A stretch of DNA of 54,071 nucleotides from a virus (Duplodnaviria; Caudoviricetes), in IMG/VR virus record IMGVR_UViG_3300025773_000002, positions 1 through 54,071 of that record; one strand, 5' to 3'. Of the stretch, positions 24,664 through 33,401 are shown in pieces. The notes under the pieces are model-generated. The model was not told the DNA's origin. It saw only the letters and a program-made list of their open reading frames with translations, and made no database searches. Each line of letters starts with the position of its first letter. Position 1 is the stretch's first letter. The position numbers and the translations under genes were made by a program.

Positions 24664-25719
24664 ATGGACGAGCGTAACGGAAAACCATCAGCAAGCGGAT
24701 TCTCCCGACTTGCCCTATGCCCTGGTTCTTGGAACCTAGAGCAAACACTTCCCCCACAGGAGGAGAACAAGTACATGGCACTAGGAACAGCAGTCCATGC
24801 TGTCCTAGCTGGTCAAGCAGAATTTGATACTCTCACCGAGGAGGGTCAGGACATCGCCACAAGATGCCTCTCCCAATTCAGTGAGATGATCGGTCAGTTG
24901 GATCTGGGTGAGAGAACCAAGGAGGTTATCGAAGAGAGATTCTGGTACGATGATCTCTTCTCTGGGGCGATTGATAGGATCGATTTCTTTGGGGACGATA
25001 CAGCAGTAGTCACCGACTACAAGACGGGTCGTGTAGCCCAATCTGGAGCCGCTGAAAACTATCAACTCCGAGCCTATGCCGTCCTAGTCAAGAAGGCATT
25101 CCCTAAACTCAAGAGCATCTACGTTGCCATTATTCAGCCTTTATCCGCTGGCAAGACCATCGCTGAATACAACGAAGAGGATCTCGCCAGAGCAGAAAAG
25201 GAAATTGTTGGCATCGTTCATGCTTCATCATTTCCTGATGCTCCAAGAACTCCTTCTCCAGATGCTTGTAAATGGTGTCGTGCTAAAAGCATATGTCCAG
25301 AGGTTCGTGGGACACATAAGGAACTAGAAGTAGTTTCTAATGCCGTTGTTCCTCGACTCTCTAACGATGAGATCCTAGCCATTGATGAAAAGGCCGAGGT
25401 AGTTCTTGACTTCATTGAAGAAGTTAGGAAGGAGATGAAAGCCAGAATGATGGCAGGACAACAATTCGCTGGACGTTCACTAACTGAAGGACGTAAAGTA
25501 AGGAGTGTTTCGGATACTCAATCTGTTATTTCTGCTCTTTCTGGTATCGTTGAACAATCTGACGTTCTGGCTTGCACAAAAATATCAGTCACATCTCTTG
25601 AGAAAGCCTACGCCAAGGCCAGGGGACTTAAAGGGAAAGAAGCCAAAGAAAAGTTTGAAGATGCCCTCGGTTGGCTCATCGAAACAACAACTGGTGAGCC
25701 TTCCATCAAACGGAATTGA
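24664..25719 (+). CDS. Cas4-like / DUF2800 PD-(D/E)XK exonuclease
   Basis: CPGS, GTAVH, GAID, DYKTG, QLRAYA, CKWC..C. Confidence 0.85.
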   Translation: MDERNGKPSASGFSRLALCPGSWNLEQTLPPQEENKYMALGTAVHAVLAGQAEFDTLTEEGQDIATRCLSQFSEMIGQLDLGERTKEVIEERFWYDDLFSGAIDRIDFFGDDTAVVTDYKTGRVAQSGAAENYQLRAYAVLVKKAFPKLKSIYVAIIQPLSAGKTIAEYNEEDLARAEKEIVGIVHASSFPDAPRTPSPDACKWCRAKSICPEVRGTHKELEVVSNAVVPRLSNDEILAIDEKAEVVLDFIEEVRKEMKARMMAGQQFAGRSLTEGRKVRSVSDTQSVISALSGIVEQSDVLACTKISVTSLEKAYAKARGLKGKEAKEKFEDALGWLIETTTGEPSIKRN

Positions 25720-25921
25720 TGATCAAGGGGAAGGTTATGCTCTTGCTATCACTTATATGGGACGAGATTGGATCGTTCTCTATAAAGATGCTGGCAACTT
25801 CACAGCCTTCCCTGCTGATCACAGAAAATCAAACATTCAGCAAGCTAGAAAAGTCATGGAATATCTCATGGTCGAAGGATTCATAAATCCCGAAAACAAT
25901 GAGCCAACAATGTCAGTGTAG
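25661..25921 (+). CDS. Hypothetical protein
   Basis: Fills the gap after the nuclease; start uncertain. Confidence 0.4.
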   Translation: MPSVGSSKQQLVSLPSNGIDDQGEGYALAITYMGRDWIVLYKDAGNFTAFPADHRKSNIQQARKVMEYLMVEGFINPENNEPTMSV

Positions 25922-25953
25922 TAAAATAACCAAACAACAAACCAAATAACCCA

Positions 25954-26310
25954 ATGTTTACAATATCATTAGATGTAACCAAGATAGATAAGTCACTCCT
26001 TAAATCGGTAACGAAAAAGGATGGAACAAAAGCCTCATACCTTAACTTGATCTGCTGGCCCAACCGAGATGGTCAAGATAAGTTTGGCAATGATGGTTCA
26101 GTCAAGCATTCCTTGACCAAGGAACAGCGTGATGCAGGGATCAAGTCAGAGATCCTTGGCAACTACAAAGTGAAGCAGGAGCAGGATTCAGTATTCCCCC
26201 CTGGCTTTGCCGAGAAGATCAAGCCAGCACCAGCATTCAAGAATCGTGCCCCTAAACCACAGCAGGATGATCCATTCGGTGACATTGCCGAGGACGAGAT
26301 CCCTTTCTAA
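25954..26310 (+). CDS. Single-stranded DNA-binding protein (putative)
   Basis: Acidic C-terminal DEIPF tail; next to ERF and the nuclease. Confidence 0.7.
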   Translation: MFTISLDVTKIDKSLLKSVTKKDGTKASYLNLICWPNRDGQDKFGNDGSVKHSLTKEQRDAGIKSEILGNYKVKQEQDSVFPPGFAEKIKPAPAFKNRAPKPQQDDPFGDIAEDEIPF

Positions 26311-26341
26311 ACCATAACCAAGCAAGCAACCACGCACAATT

Positions 26342-26557
26342 ATGGAAGAGCCAACAGAAAACGAAGCAAAGCTAATGGCACAAATTGACTTCCTAAAAAG
26401 GGATGTCAAGGAGCTACAGGAGAATCTCCGATTTCACAGATGTGATATTTGGGATGTTGAGGAGGCATTAGAGACCCTTGTAACAAGGCATCTCATTAGT
26501 TCCCTCATCGTCTTGGGATTGGTTATATCGGTAGCCGTAATGTTCATCCGCAAATGA
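26342..26557 (+). CDS. Coiled-coil protein with C-terminal TM helix
   Basis: Hydrophobic C-terminus. Confidence 0.6.
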   Translation: MEEPTENEAKLMAQIDFLKRDVKELQENLRFHRCDIWDVEEALETLVTRHLISSLIVLGLVISVAVMFIRK

Positions 26558-26778
26558 GCCGACGATACTGCACTTGCGAGGAACGCTACGGAATCGTTCC
26601 AGAATATCATAGCTGTGAGTATGTCACTGCTAGGAACAAACTGATCCCTGATGCCGAGGCACAAGCCAAAGCAATATCTAGGCTAGATAATGGTAGGTTA
26701 GACTTCCTCAAGTTTAACTATACTTTCTCTAATCTCATGGAAAAAGCCGCAATAGAAGCTAAACTTTATGATCTCTAA
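26554..26778 (+). CDS. Hypothetical protein
   Basis: ATGA-coupled ORF. Confidence 0.6.
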   Translation: MSRRYCTCEERYGIVPEYHSCEYVTARNKLIPDAEAQAKAISRLDNGRLDFLKFNYTFSNLMEKAAIEAKLYDL

Positions 26779-26968
26779 AGAAGCACAAGCCTATTGGGAT
26801 GGTGAACACATCCGATTTCTAACTGAAGACAACCAAGTTCCATCAGTTGAGGATCGGGTAAAAGAAGCATTCGATGCAGGGGTAAGATCGGTTCAGCGAT
26901 CCTATTCCAATCTGGATGTTATCGGAAACAATCAATGTGGAATCAATTTCCAAAGGACAACACTATGA
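26768..26968 (+). CDS. Hypothetical protein
   Basis: Overlapping coupled ORF. Confidence 0.55.
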   Translation: MISKEAQAYWDGEHIRFLTEDNQVPSVEDRVKEAFDAGVRSVQRSYSNLDVIGNNQCGINFQRTTL

Positions 26969-27300
26969 GTGATCAATTCGACTTTGACTTCTCACCTATT
27001 GAAGAGGAAATCTTTGATGATATTCAATCAAGGTTTCTCCGATTCCATACCAACAATCCTCATGTCTATAGCAACCTTGTCGTTCTAGCTAGGCAATTCC
27101 GAGAGAAGCGTAGTGATGCCGTGATCGGTATCCAGATGCTCTTTGAAGTTCTCCGTTGGAACTACTGGCTAAATACAGATAGTGACGAGCAATTCAAGAT
27201 GCCTAATGAGTTTGCCGCTGGCTACTCAAGGTTGATCATGAAGCAGGAGCCTGACCTAGCTGGCATATTCAAGCTATCCAAATCTACCTTTGACCAATGA
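26965..27300 (+). CDS. Hypothetical phage protein
   Basis: F..FH..NPHVY..FEVLRW..FK.PN..YSRLIM..P.L.G.F family pattern. Confidence 0.7.
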   Translation: MSDQFDFDFSPIEEEIFDDIQSRFLRFHTNNPHVYSNLVVLARQFREKRSDAVIGIQMLFEVLRWNYWLNTDSDEQFKMPNEFAAGYSRLIMKQEPDLAGIFKLSKSTFDQ

Positions 27301-27641
27301 GAAAGATGTTTAAAGCTAAAGGCAATACCACTAGGCGTGTTGCTGGTAAGATGAACAAGACCGAGGAGGCTTATTCAAGGACTCTCCAAGAGAGGAAACT
27401 CCGAGGAGAGATCCATCACTGGCAGTTTGAAGCTATGGCTTTAAGGCTGGCAGATAGGACAACTTATACACCTGACTTTTTTCTCATCATGGCAGATGGA
27501 AGCATCGCATTCCATGAGGTAAAGGGATTCTGGCAAGGAACAGGGAGAGTAAAGATCAAAGTTGCCGCTGAACTTCACCCTTGGTTTGAGTTCACAGCAG
27601 TCCAACTTAAAAAGAAGGAGTGGGTTTATGAGGAGTTTTAA
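27297..27641 (+). CDS. PD-(D/E)XK endonuclease (DUF1064-like, possible resolvase)
   Basis: MNKTEE.Y..YTPDF..HEVKG. Confidence 0.8.
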   Translation: MRKMFKAKGNTTRRVAGKMNKTEEAYSRTLQERKLRGEIHHWQFEAMALRLADRTTYTPDFFLIMADGSIAFHEVKGFWQGTGRVKIKVAAELHPWFEFTAVQLKKKEWVYEEF

Positions 27642-27642
27642 C

Positions 27643-28407
27643 ATGAAAATATATAGTAAAAAGAAAATAGATAATTTGGATGTTTACCATGATTGCGAAA
27701 TAATAATGCATTGTTCGCCTAAAATTAATTGGATTCACTTTGAATATGAAATCATTAAGGATGGAAAATCTTTGGGATTTAAATATTCGGATGCCAATAC
27801 ATATAATGGTTGGGGATTAAATGAAGGATCTTTTCGATATGGAAGTATTGCAGAATATATTTATACCGAAGATAAAAAAGAAGACTTGTGTGGAAATGGT
27901 GTATTTACTCCATGCCCAAAGATAGAAGATTTATATAATTTGATTACAGAAGATGGCTTATTGTTAAAATTTTATGGGAGGTTTTATAATGGCTCTGGAG
28001 AAGGAGGGGGATATTGCACCATAAAATCATATAAAGCGTATCCTGCTAGATTTTGCTCTATGTGTGCTTGTTTTATGGGAGTAGTAGAACAACTTGATAA
28101 TGTTTTATTTAAGTTTGCACTTTGCCAAAATTGCAAAAAGTTAAGAAAAGAATCCAAATTCAAAAGTCCTGTTTTTGGATCAAGGTTGCCAGCAACCATA
28201 ACAGAAGTCTGTTTCAAACAAAAAAATCCTAGATCATTTTTAAAGGATTTGTTTTTGAAAAAGAAGAAACCATCCAAGACTTTCTTTCAAAAATATATAA
28301 AGAAACATTTGAACAAAGTTAAAAAAGTCCGAGCAATTTCTAGTTCAGAACTATTCTTCTTTCGCTCTTGGCTAGGAGTAAAAGAATTAACAAAAATAGC
28401 CCAATAA
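27643..28407 (+). CDS. Hypothetical protein, AT-rich insert
   Basis: CSMC..CQNC motifs, basic C-terminus. Confidence 0.6.
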   Translation: MKIYSKKKIDNLDVYHDCEIIMHCSPKINWIHFEYEIIKDGKSLGFKYSDANTYNGWGLNEGSFRYGSIAEYIYTEDKKEDLCGNGVFTPCPKIEDLYNLITEDGLLLKFYGRFYNGSGEGGGYCTIKSYKAYPARFCSMCACFMGVVEQLDNVLFKFALCQNCKKLRKESKFKSPVFGSRLPATITEVCFKQKNPRSFLKDLFLKKKKPSKTFFQKYIKKHLNKVKKVRAISSSELFFFRSWLGVKELTKIAQ

Positions 28408-28423
28408 ATAACCACGCAAACAC

Positions 28424-29005
28424 ATGAACACACAAATAGAAGCACCAAATAACCTAATCCAAAAATTTGTATCCTTGATTAACAAAGGTATAGAATGTTG
28501 GGCAAAAGCAGGAGAAGTAGTAGTAGAACTAATAGATAAAGAAGGGTATTCAGTTCATTCAATCTCTAGGGAATCAAAATATCTTACGGAAGAAATTGTA
28601 GGACGATTTGAGCAACTTGGCAGAAAACAGATAATCCCAAATCTTTTGATTTCTGACTTCCCTGCATCAAAGCATTTGTTCAGATTTCCTTATTCAGAAC
28701 AAAAGCGTTTGATTAACGGACAAGTAGAACTTCTTGTGATTTCTGATAAAGGAAACGAAACCTTGCTTGTAAATACAGAAAATCTTACTGCACAACAATG
28801 CAAACAAGTATTTGATAGGACTGCTGTTCGTTCTATTGGGGCACAGAGGGCATATATGGAGAGTCGAAAGGAAGATTACAGAGTCTCTTCTGTAATTGTT
28901 GATGAAGATCCTATTTATAAAGTTAAAGGAAAGAGAGTTATATTCAATAAACCTTGTGAGATGACAGCGAGGCAACTTGCTCAAATTCTTGCTGAAATAG
29001 AATGA
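28424..29005 (+). CDS. Hypothetical protein
   Basis: 193-aa ORF preceded by AACCACGCA. Confidence 0.65.
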   Translation: MNTQIEAPNNLIQKFVSLINKGIECWAKAGEVVVELIDKEGYSVHSISRESKYLTEEIVGRFEQLGRKQIIPNLLISDFPASKHLFRFPYSEQKRLINGQVELLVISDKGNETLLVNTENLTAQQCKQVFDRTAVRSIGAQRAYMESRKEDYRVSSVIVDEDPIYKVKGKRVIFNKPCEMTARQLAQILAEIE

Positions 29006-29463
29006 CATCTGAATGCCCCCATTGTGGTCAGTCATATCCTCCCAAGAATGCTCGTAAAATCGATTTTGAGGCATTCTGGAAGGCTTACCCTCGAAAGATA
29101 GGAAAGGGATACTGCCAAGAGATATGGAAGCGGAAGAAGTTCCCTGCCATTGAGATCATCCTTGAGTCACTCCAGAAGAGCATAGCCTCTGCTGATTGGC
29201 AAAAGGAGGGAGGCAAATTCATTCCCAACCCTAGCACCTGGCTAAACCAAGGCCGATGGGATGACGAAGGAATAGATCACTCCGTACTACGCCAGCAGAT
29301 TTCCAAGCCAGTATTCAAGGAAACTACCAGTAGGGTAGATCACGAAGCATACAAGGCATGGAAGATTGAAGAAGGATACCCACCCCAATTCATTGATTCG
29401 ACTTTCAATGAAGACCCCGAACCAGTACAAAAGAAATACCTAGCAACCATTAAAACAACATGA
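29002..29463 (+). CDS. Replication initiator-like protein (helicase-loader-type C-terminal domain)
   Basis: FEAFWKAYPRKIGK..FIPNPSTWLNQGRWDDE. Confidence 0.75.
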   Translation: MTSECPHCGQSYPPKNARKIDFEAFWKAYPRKIGKGYCQEIWKRKKFPAIEIILESLQKSIASADWQKEGGKFIPNPSTWLNQGRWDDEGIDHSVLRQQISKPVFKETTSRVDHEAYKAWKIEEGYPPQFIDSTFNEDPEPVQKKYLATIKTT

Positions 29464-30071
29464 TTATAATGCCATCCAATAATACTGGATTTGAATGCGG
29501 AAGGCTTTTTGGAATGTTTCCAGACCGACTTGCTCATCTTCATTCATGTGAAAGATTATCAGAACCCAAGCAAGGAATACCTTGGGCATTAGACAATGGT
29601 GTTTTTGGAGCCTTCACATCTGGTCGCACATGGTCAGAAGAACCATTCTATTCATTCCTTGATGCATACTCTGCTTGGAAGCCAATGTGGGCTGTTGTTC
29701 CAGATTGGGTTGGAGACAGGGACAAAACTTTAGAGCTTTGGAAGAAGCATTCTCCAGCATTAAAAGCATTTGGAATTCCTTTGGCATTTGCCGCACAAGA
29801 CGGAATGACTCCTGATGATGTTCCATCTGATGCCGAGGTTGTTTTTGTTGGAGGATCTACATCTTGGAAATGGAGATCATTGTCTATGTGGACAAAAAAC
29901 TTTCCTAGAGTTCATGTGGGTCGAGTAAACTCTAGGAGGCTTTTGGAAATAGCAGAGGAAAACGGATCAGAATCTTGTGATGGCACAGGATGGTTTCGTG
30001 ATCCAAAACGAACCCAAGAACTTGAGGATTATCTCAAGTCAACAAAACAGCAACCACAACTATCATTATGA
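29460..30071 (+). CDS. TGT-fold DpdA-like base-exchange transglycosylase
   Basis: ALDNGVF, VVPDWVGD, AAQDG, FVGGS, VHVGRVN, SCDGTGW correspond to TGT DSG(G)F, D, Q-G, GG, H, S-D motifs; QueD three genes downstream. Confidence 0.7.
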   Translation: MIIMPSNNTGFECGRLFGMFPDRLAHLHSCERLSEPKQGIPWALDNGVFGAFTSGRTWSEEPFYSFLDAYSAWKPMWAVVPDWVGDRDKTLELWKKHSPALKAFGIPLAFAAQDGMTPDDVPSDAEVVFVGGSTSWKWRSLSMWTKNFPRVHVGRVNSRRLLEIAEENGSESCDGTGWFRDPKRTQELEDYLKSTKQQPQLSL

Positions 30072-30451
30072 AAAAAATCATTTATGTTGCAGGCCCAATT
30101 AATGGATGCACTGATTCAGAATGTAAAGATTGGCGTTCTGAAGTAGCACAACACTACCCAAATATTATTGATCCAATGGATCGTGATTATCGAGGTAGAG
30201 AGACAGAAAGCTACAAAGAAATTGTTGAATTAGACAAAGAAGACATTCTTAAATCAAATGTAGTTCTTGTTAGATATGTGAAACCATCTGTTGGAACATC
30301 AATGGAAATTATTTTTGCATGGCAGAATCAAATTCCTGTTGTTGTTTGGACTGAACCAGATGTTTTTATATCTCCCTGGTTAATGTATCATTCCAGATTT
30401 ATCACCTACACTCTTGAAGATGCTTTAATTTTAATTTCTGAACTGCCATGA
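30068..30451 (+). CDS. Nucleoside 2-deoxyribosyltransferase / nucleotide N-glycosidase family
   Basis: IYVAGP, WR, D..DI..S.VV, SVGTSME..FA..IPV. Confidence 0.85.
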   Translation: MKKIIYVAGPINGCTDSECKDWRSEVAQHYPNIIDPMDRDYRGRETESYKEIVELDKEDILKSNVVLVRYVKPSVGTSMEIIFAWQNQIPVVVWTEPDVFISPWLMYHSRFITYTLEDALILISELP

Positions 30452-30684
30452 CAGAACAAGACGAAATCAATTGGGAATACAATCATCCAATTACTCACTC
30501 TCTTTTAATGGAATTGGGTAGGGATATTGTTAGATTATCCAAGCATCAACGAACTTTTATCCAAAAGGTAGTTGGTAAAATGGAGGAAGAAACAAAACAA
30601 GCAAAAGAAGCTCACATGAACCTACGCAACCATGTGATTTGGCACATAGAGAAAAACGGAAGTAAACCAGCATACACAAAATGA
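30448..30684 (+). CDS. Hypothetical protein
   Basis: ATGA-coupled on both sides. Confidence 0.6.
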   Translation: MTEQDEINWEYNHPITHSLLMELGRDIVRLSKHQRTFIQKVVGKMEEETKQAKEAHMNLRNHVIWHIEKNGSKPAYTK

Positions 30685-31058
30685 AAGCAGATAAATACAA
30701 TCAAACATTCAAACTTTGGAAAGACTTCACATTTGAAGCGGCTCACCAACTCACAAAAGTACCACCAGGGCATCAATGTGGAAATCTTCATGGACATTCT
30801 TATAAAGTTAGGGTGCATTGTAAGGGAAAATTACGAGAGGATAGGGATTGGGTGGTTGATTATGCCGATATAGCGGCGGCAGTTAAGCCACTTATTGCAG
30901 AATTAGATCACTCTTTTTTGAATCATATCATTGAGGGTGAAACTACAGCCGAGAATTTAGCTTTCTGGATTGCATTCAAATTGCATACGAAACTTCGTTC
31001 TTTGTATGCAGTAGAAGTTTTTGAAACACCGACAACTTCTGTAATTTTTGAGCTATGA
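30681..31058 (+). CDS. queD: 6-carboxy-5,6,7,8-tetrahydropterin synthase
   Basis: FTFEAAHQL, CGNLHGHSY, LDHSFLN, TAENLA, ETP. Confidence 0.92.
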   Translation: MKADKYNQTFKLWKDFTFEAAHQLTKVPPGHQCGNLHGHSYKVRVHCKGKLREDRDWVVDYADIAAAVKPLIAELDHSFLNHIIEGETTAENLAFWIAFKLHTKLRSLYAVEVFETPTTSVIFEL

Positions 31059-31252
31059 CAAACATATACAACGAAGAGTATCAGAATTGTCTTGACCGAG
31101 AGAAGGAGTCTCTTTGTCAGGAGATAAGCAGACTAAATAGCAAGCTGGCATACCTAGAGAATGTTTTGAGCGAGATCCATCTCCTCAACTCGCTAGGCAA
31201 AAGCCTCAAGATCCATGATGCGGTGAATGCCGCTATTGATGTTCTCAAGTGA
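31055..31252 (+). CDS. Coiled-coil hypothetical protein
   Basis: ATGA-coupled to queD. Confidence 0.6.
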   Translation: MTNIYNEEYQNCLDREKESLCQEISRLNSKLAYLENVLSEIHLLNSLGKSLKIHDAVNAAIDVLK

Positions 31253-31593
31253 ACGTACGCACCTTCACAGGGGTTTTATTACCTATCCTGTTGGTCGAGA
31301 TCCTAACCAACTCTGCTTGGCTATACGTCTCCTACGATGCAAAGATCCGAGAGAATGTGTCACTTTCGTACACACTCTCCATCGTTGCAGGAGCATTGTC
31401 TGGTTTGGCTTGGGCATGGATGGCATTGAGCATCAAACAATCTGATGTTTACTTTGCCAACATCGCATGGGATCTGATCGTTACAGGCTTGTTCTTTACA
31501 ATCCCAATCTTCCTATTCCACATCAAACTAGATATGCAGTCCGTACTTGGAGCATCCATTGCACTGATCGGATTGCTGATTATGAAATCATGA
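31249..31593 (+). CDS. SMR/DMT-like 4-TM membrane protein
   Basis: 114 aa, four TMs, Glu in TM1, Trp in TM3, G-x6-G in TM4. Confidence 0.6.
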   Translation: MNVRTFTGVLLPILLVEILTNSAWLYVSYDAKIRENVSLSYTLSIVAGALSGLAWAWMALSIKQSDVYFANIAWDLIVTGLFFTIPIFLFHIKLDMQSVLGASIALIGLLIMKS

Positions 31594-31844
31594 ACGACCA
31601 CGAAGAAATTATCCTATGTGCTAAAGCCGCTGGAGCCAATCCAGAGGCATCCTATTTCGTCGAGGCATTCCTCGTCGAGAACGCCAAGCCAGAGTTGACC
31701 ATGCAACAGAAACTAGATCGTTCCAACGACCAGCGAGATCGTGCAGTAGCCATTGCCGATGGAGTCATGGCATGGGAGAACTTGGCAGACACACGCAAGT
31801 CCATGAAGGATCTTGCCGCATTAAAGAAAGAAATCAATGAGTAG
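31590..31844 (+). CDS. Hypothetical protein
   Basis: ATGA-coupled ORF. Confidence 0.55.
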   Translation: MNDHEEIILCAKAAGANPEASYFVEAFLVENAKPELTMQQKLDRSNDQRDRAVAIADGVMAWENLADTRKSMKDLAALKKEINE

Positions 31845-32124
31845 TTCGATAGATAAAATACTTAACCAACTAGGATACGACACACCAGAGTTGCCACCAA
31901 TCACCAAGAGGGAAGCAATCGAACAAGGATTGATCCAGGGAGCAGATAAGCCAAAGAAAGGCATATGCGGTAAATCCGTTTACACTTCTGCTTCCAAGTG
32001 TGATGCCGCTATCAAGCACCGACTAGAATCTGGATTCGGAGGGACTAGCTTTCTCCGTTCTTACTTCTGTGAGGAATGTTCTGGCTGGCATATGTCCTCA
32101 TCCCATAATAAACTGAACAAGTGA
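31837..32124 (+). CDS. Zn-binding hypothetical protein
   Basis: CGK.VY..RSYFCEECSGWHMSS. Confidence 0.65.
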   Translation: MSSSIDKILNQLGYDTPELPPITKREAIEQGLIQGADKPKKGICGKSVYTSASKCDAAIKHRLESGFGGTSFLRSYFCEECSGWHMSSSHNKLNK

Positions 32125-32272
32125 ACCCTCTGGAAGCTATAGGTCATGCCACATCAGTATTATTCCTGATAGGTATGATCCTGTTCTTCTGGATGATCTT
32201 TAAGAAAACAAGAAAGGTTTATCGTCGAGGCCAGAAAGCCCAAAGGCGTGAACGTAAATACAACAAATCAAA

Positions 32273-32494
32273 ATGTTCCTAGCACTCATCTACACTGCAA
32301 TCGCACCGATCCAACAACCGATCCAGCAACCTCAAACACAAACCATTTATGTGGCTAACCTATCTGCCACAGATGGCAGAGATGCAGGGGCGTACTACCA
32401 AGTCACAACACTTCCACAACCAGTACAGGAGCCAGCATACCGAATGACGTTACCAGTTATGGATTTGAATACCGATAACCAACAAGACCAATGA
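32273..32494 (+). CDS. Hypothetical protein
   Basis: Hydrophobic N-terminus, Q/P-rich. Confidence 0.5.
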   Translation: MFLALIYTAIAPIQQPIQQPQTQTIYVANLSATDGRDAGAYYQVTTLPQPVQEPAYRMTLPVMDLNTDNQQDQ

Positions 32495-32703
32495 TCAAGC
32501 AACCAACCACGCTTAAAGAATTAAAGAAGTTCCGCTATGCCGTAACGGAAAGCCTTCCCCAAGGACAGGCTTACGATCCAGCCCAATGTGCCATGATCGT
32601 CTATGAGAGAAAGAGACCCAAGTACCATTGGCAATGCTCTCGTAAGTCAGGGTACGGAGTAAATGGATTATGGTGTTCTAACCACGCAACTTCTATTGGA
32701 TGA
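32491..32703 (+). CDS. Hypothetical Cys/His protein
   Basis: C..QCSRK.G..GLWC..H. Confidence 0.6.
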   Translation: MIKQPTTLKELKKFRYAVTESLPQGQAYDPAQCAMIVYERKRPKYHWQCSRKSGYGVNGLWCSNHATSIG

Positions 32704-33401
32704 AAACAGCTTTAATAAGCCTTCATGCCAATCGCCCTAGATACTCTAAACAAGTATTGGATGCTATAGATCATCAAGCAAATGGTCTTTTCCATATCGC
32801 AAGCCTAGAAGATTCTTGTCCAGAAAAAGAAGAGATAAATACTATTTTATGTAATAAATCTTCCAATTATTCTGGAATGGATATTATTTTTCACAAAGGA
32901 ATATCTCATACAAATAACAATTTAATCCATGCTTTAAATCACCTTATTTCATTGGGATTTGATTCTTATATTTATATGGAAGATGATACTTTGTTTAGTA
33001 AATCAGCAGTAAAATATCTCCAGAAGTATTACAGAATACACAAGAATGATCCTAAATTTTCTCATGTGGCAATAGGAACCCTAGAGGATGGTTATGAAGT
33101 GAATGAGAAAAATCTATCCAAGGTAAAATATGAGTATGATTGGTGTTCCCTATGGGGATACATGGCTCCTATAAAAATGGCTTATAGGTTATTAGATACA
33201 ACTAGGCCAATCAAAACAAAAGAAGACCGAGAAGAAATAAGAGAAAACCACGAACTTGTATGGGACTTTTGTTATGGAGATTGGTTCAAATCACAAGCTA
33301 TGTTTTGTATTACCCCTCTTATAAGTAGATTAAATAATATTGGCGTAGAGGGAGGCTTGCATAGCTTTGGTAAAACATGGGAATCCTGGGAAGGATTATG
33401 A
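32700..33401 (+). CDS. GT-A fold glycosyltransferase (putative)
   Basis: NRP.Y, MEDD, WG, WD, SR..NIG..GG motifs. Confidence 0.7.
   Translation: MKTALISLHANRPRYSKQVLDAIDHQANGLFHIASLEDSCPEKEEINTILCNKSSNYSGMDIIFHKGISHTNNNLIHALNHLISLGFDSYIYMEDDTLFSKSAVKYLQKYYRIHKNDPKFSHVAIGTLEDGYEVNEKNLSKVKYEYDWCSLWGYMAPIKMAYRLLDTTRPIKTKEDREEIRENHELVWDFCYGDWFKSQAMFCITPLISRLNNIGVEGGLHSFGKTWESWEGL

Noticed and set aside
24664-25719. Cas4-like nuclease as evidence of CRISPR-Cas
   Set aside because: No repeat-spacer array or other cas genes; ERF/SSB context indicates a recombination exonuclease
30681-31058. QueD paralog acting as a decarboxylase (DpdL type)
   Set aside because: It retains the canonical QueD CxxxHGH motif
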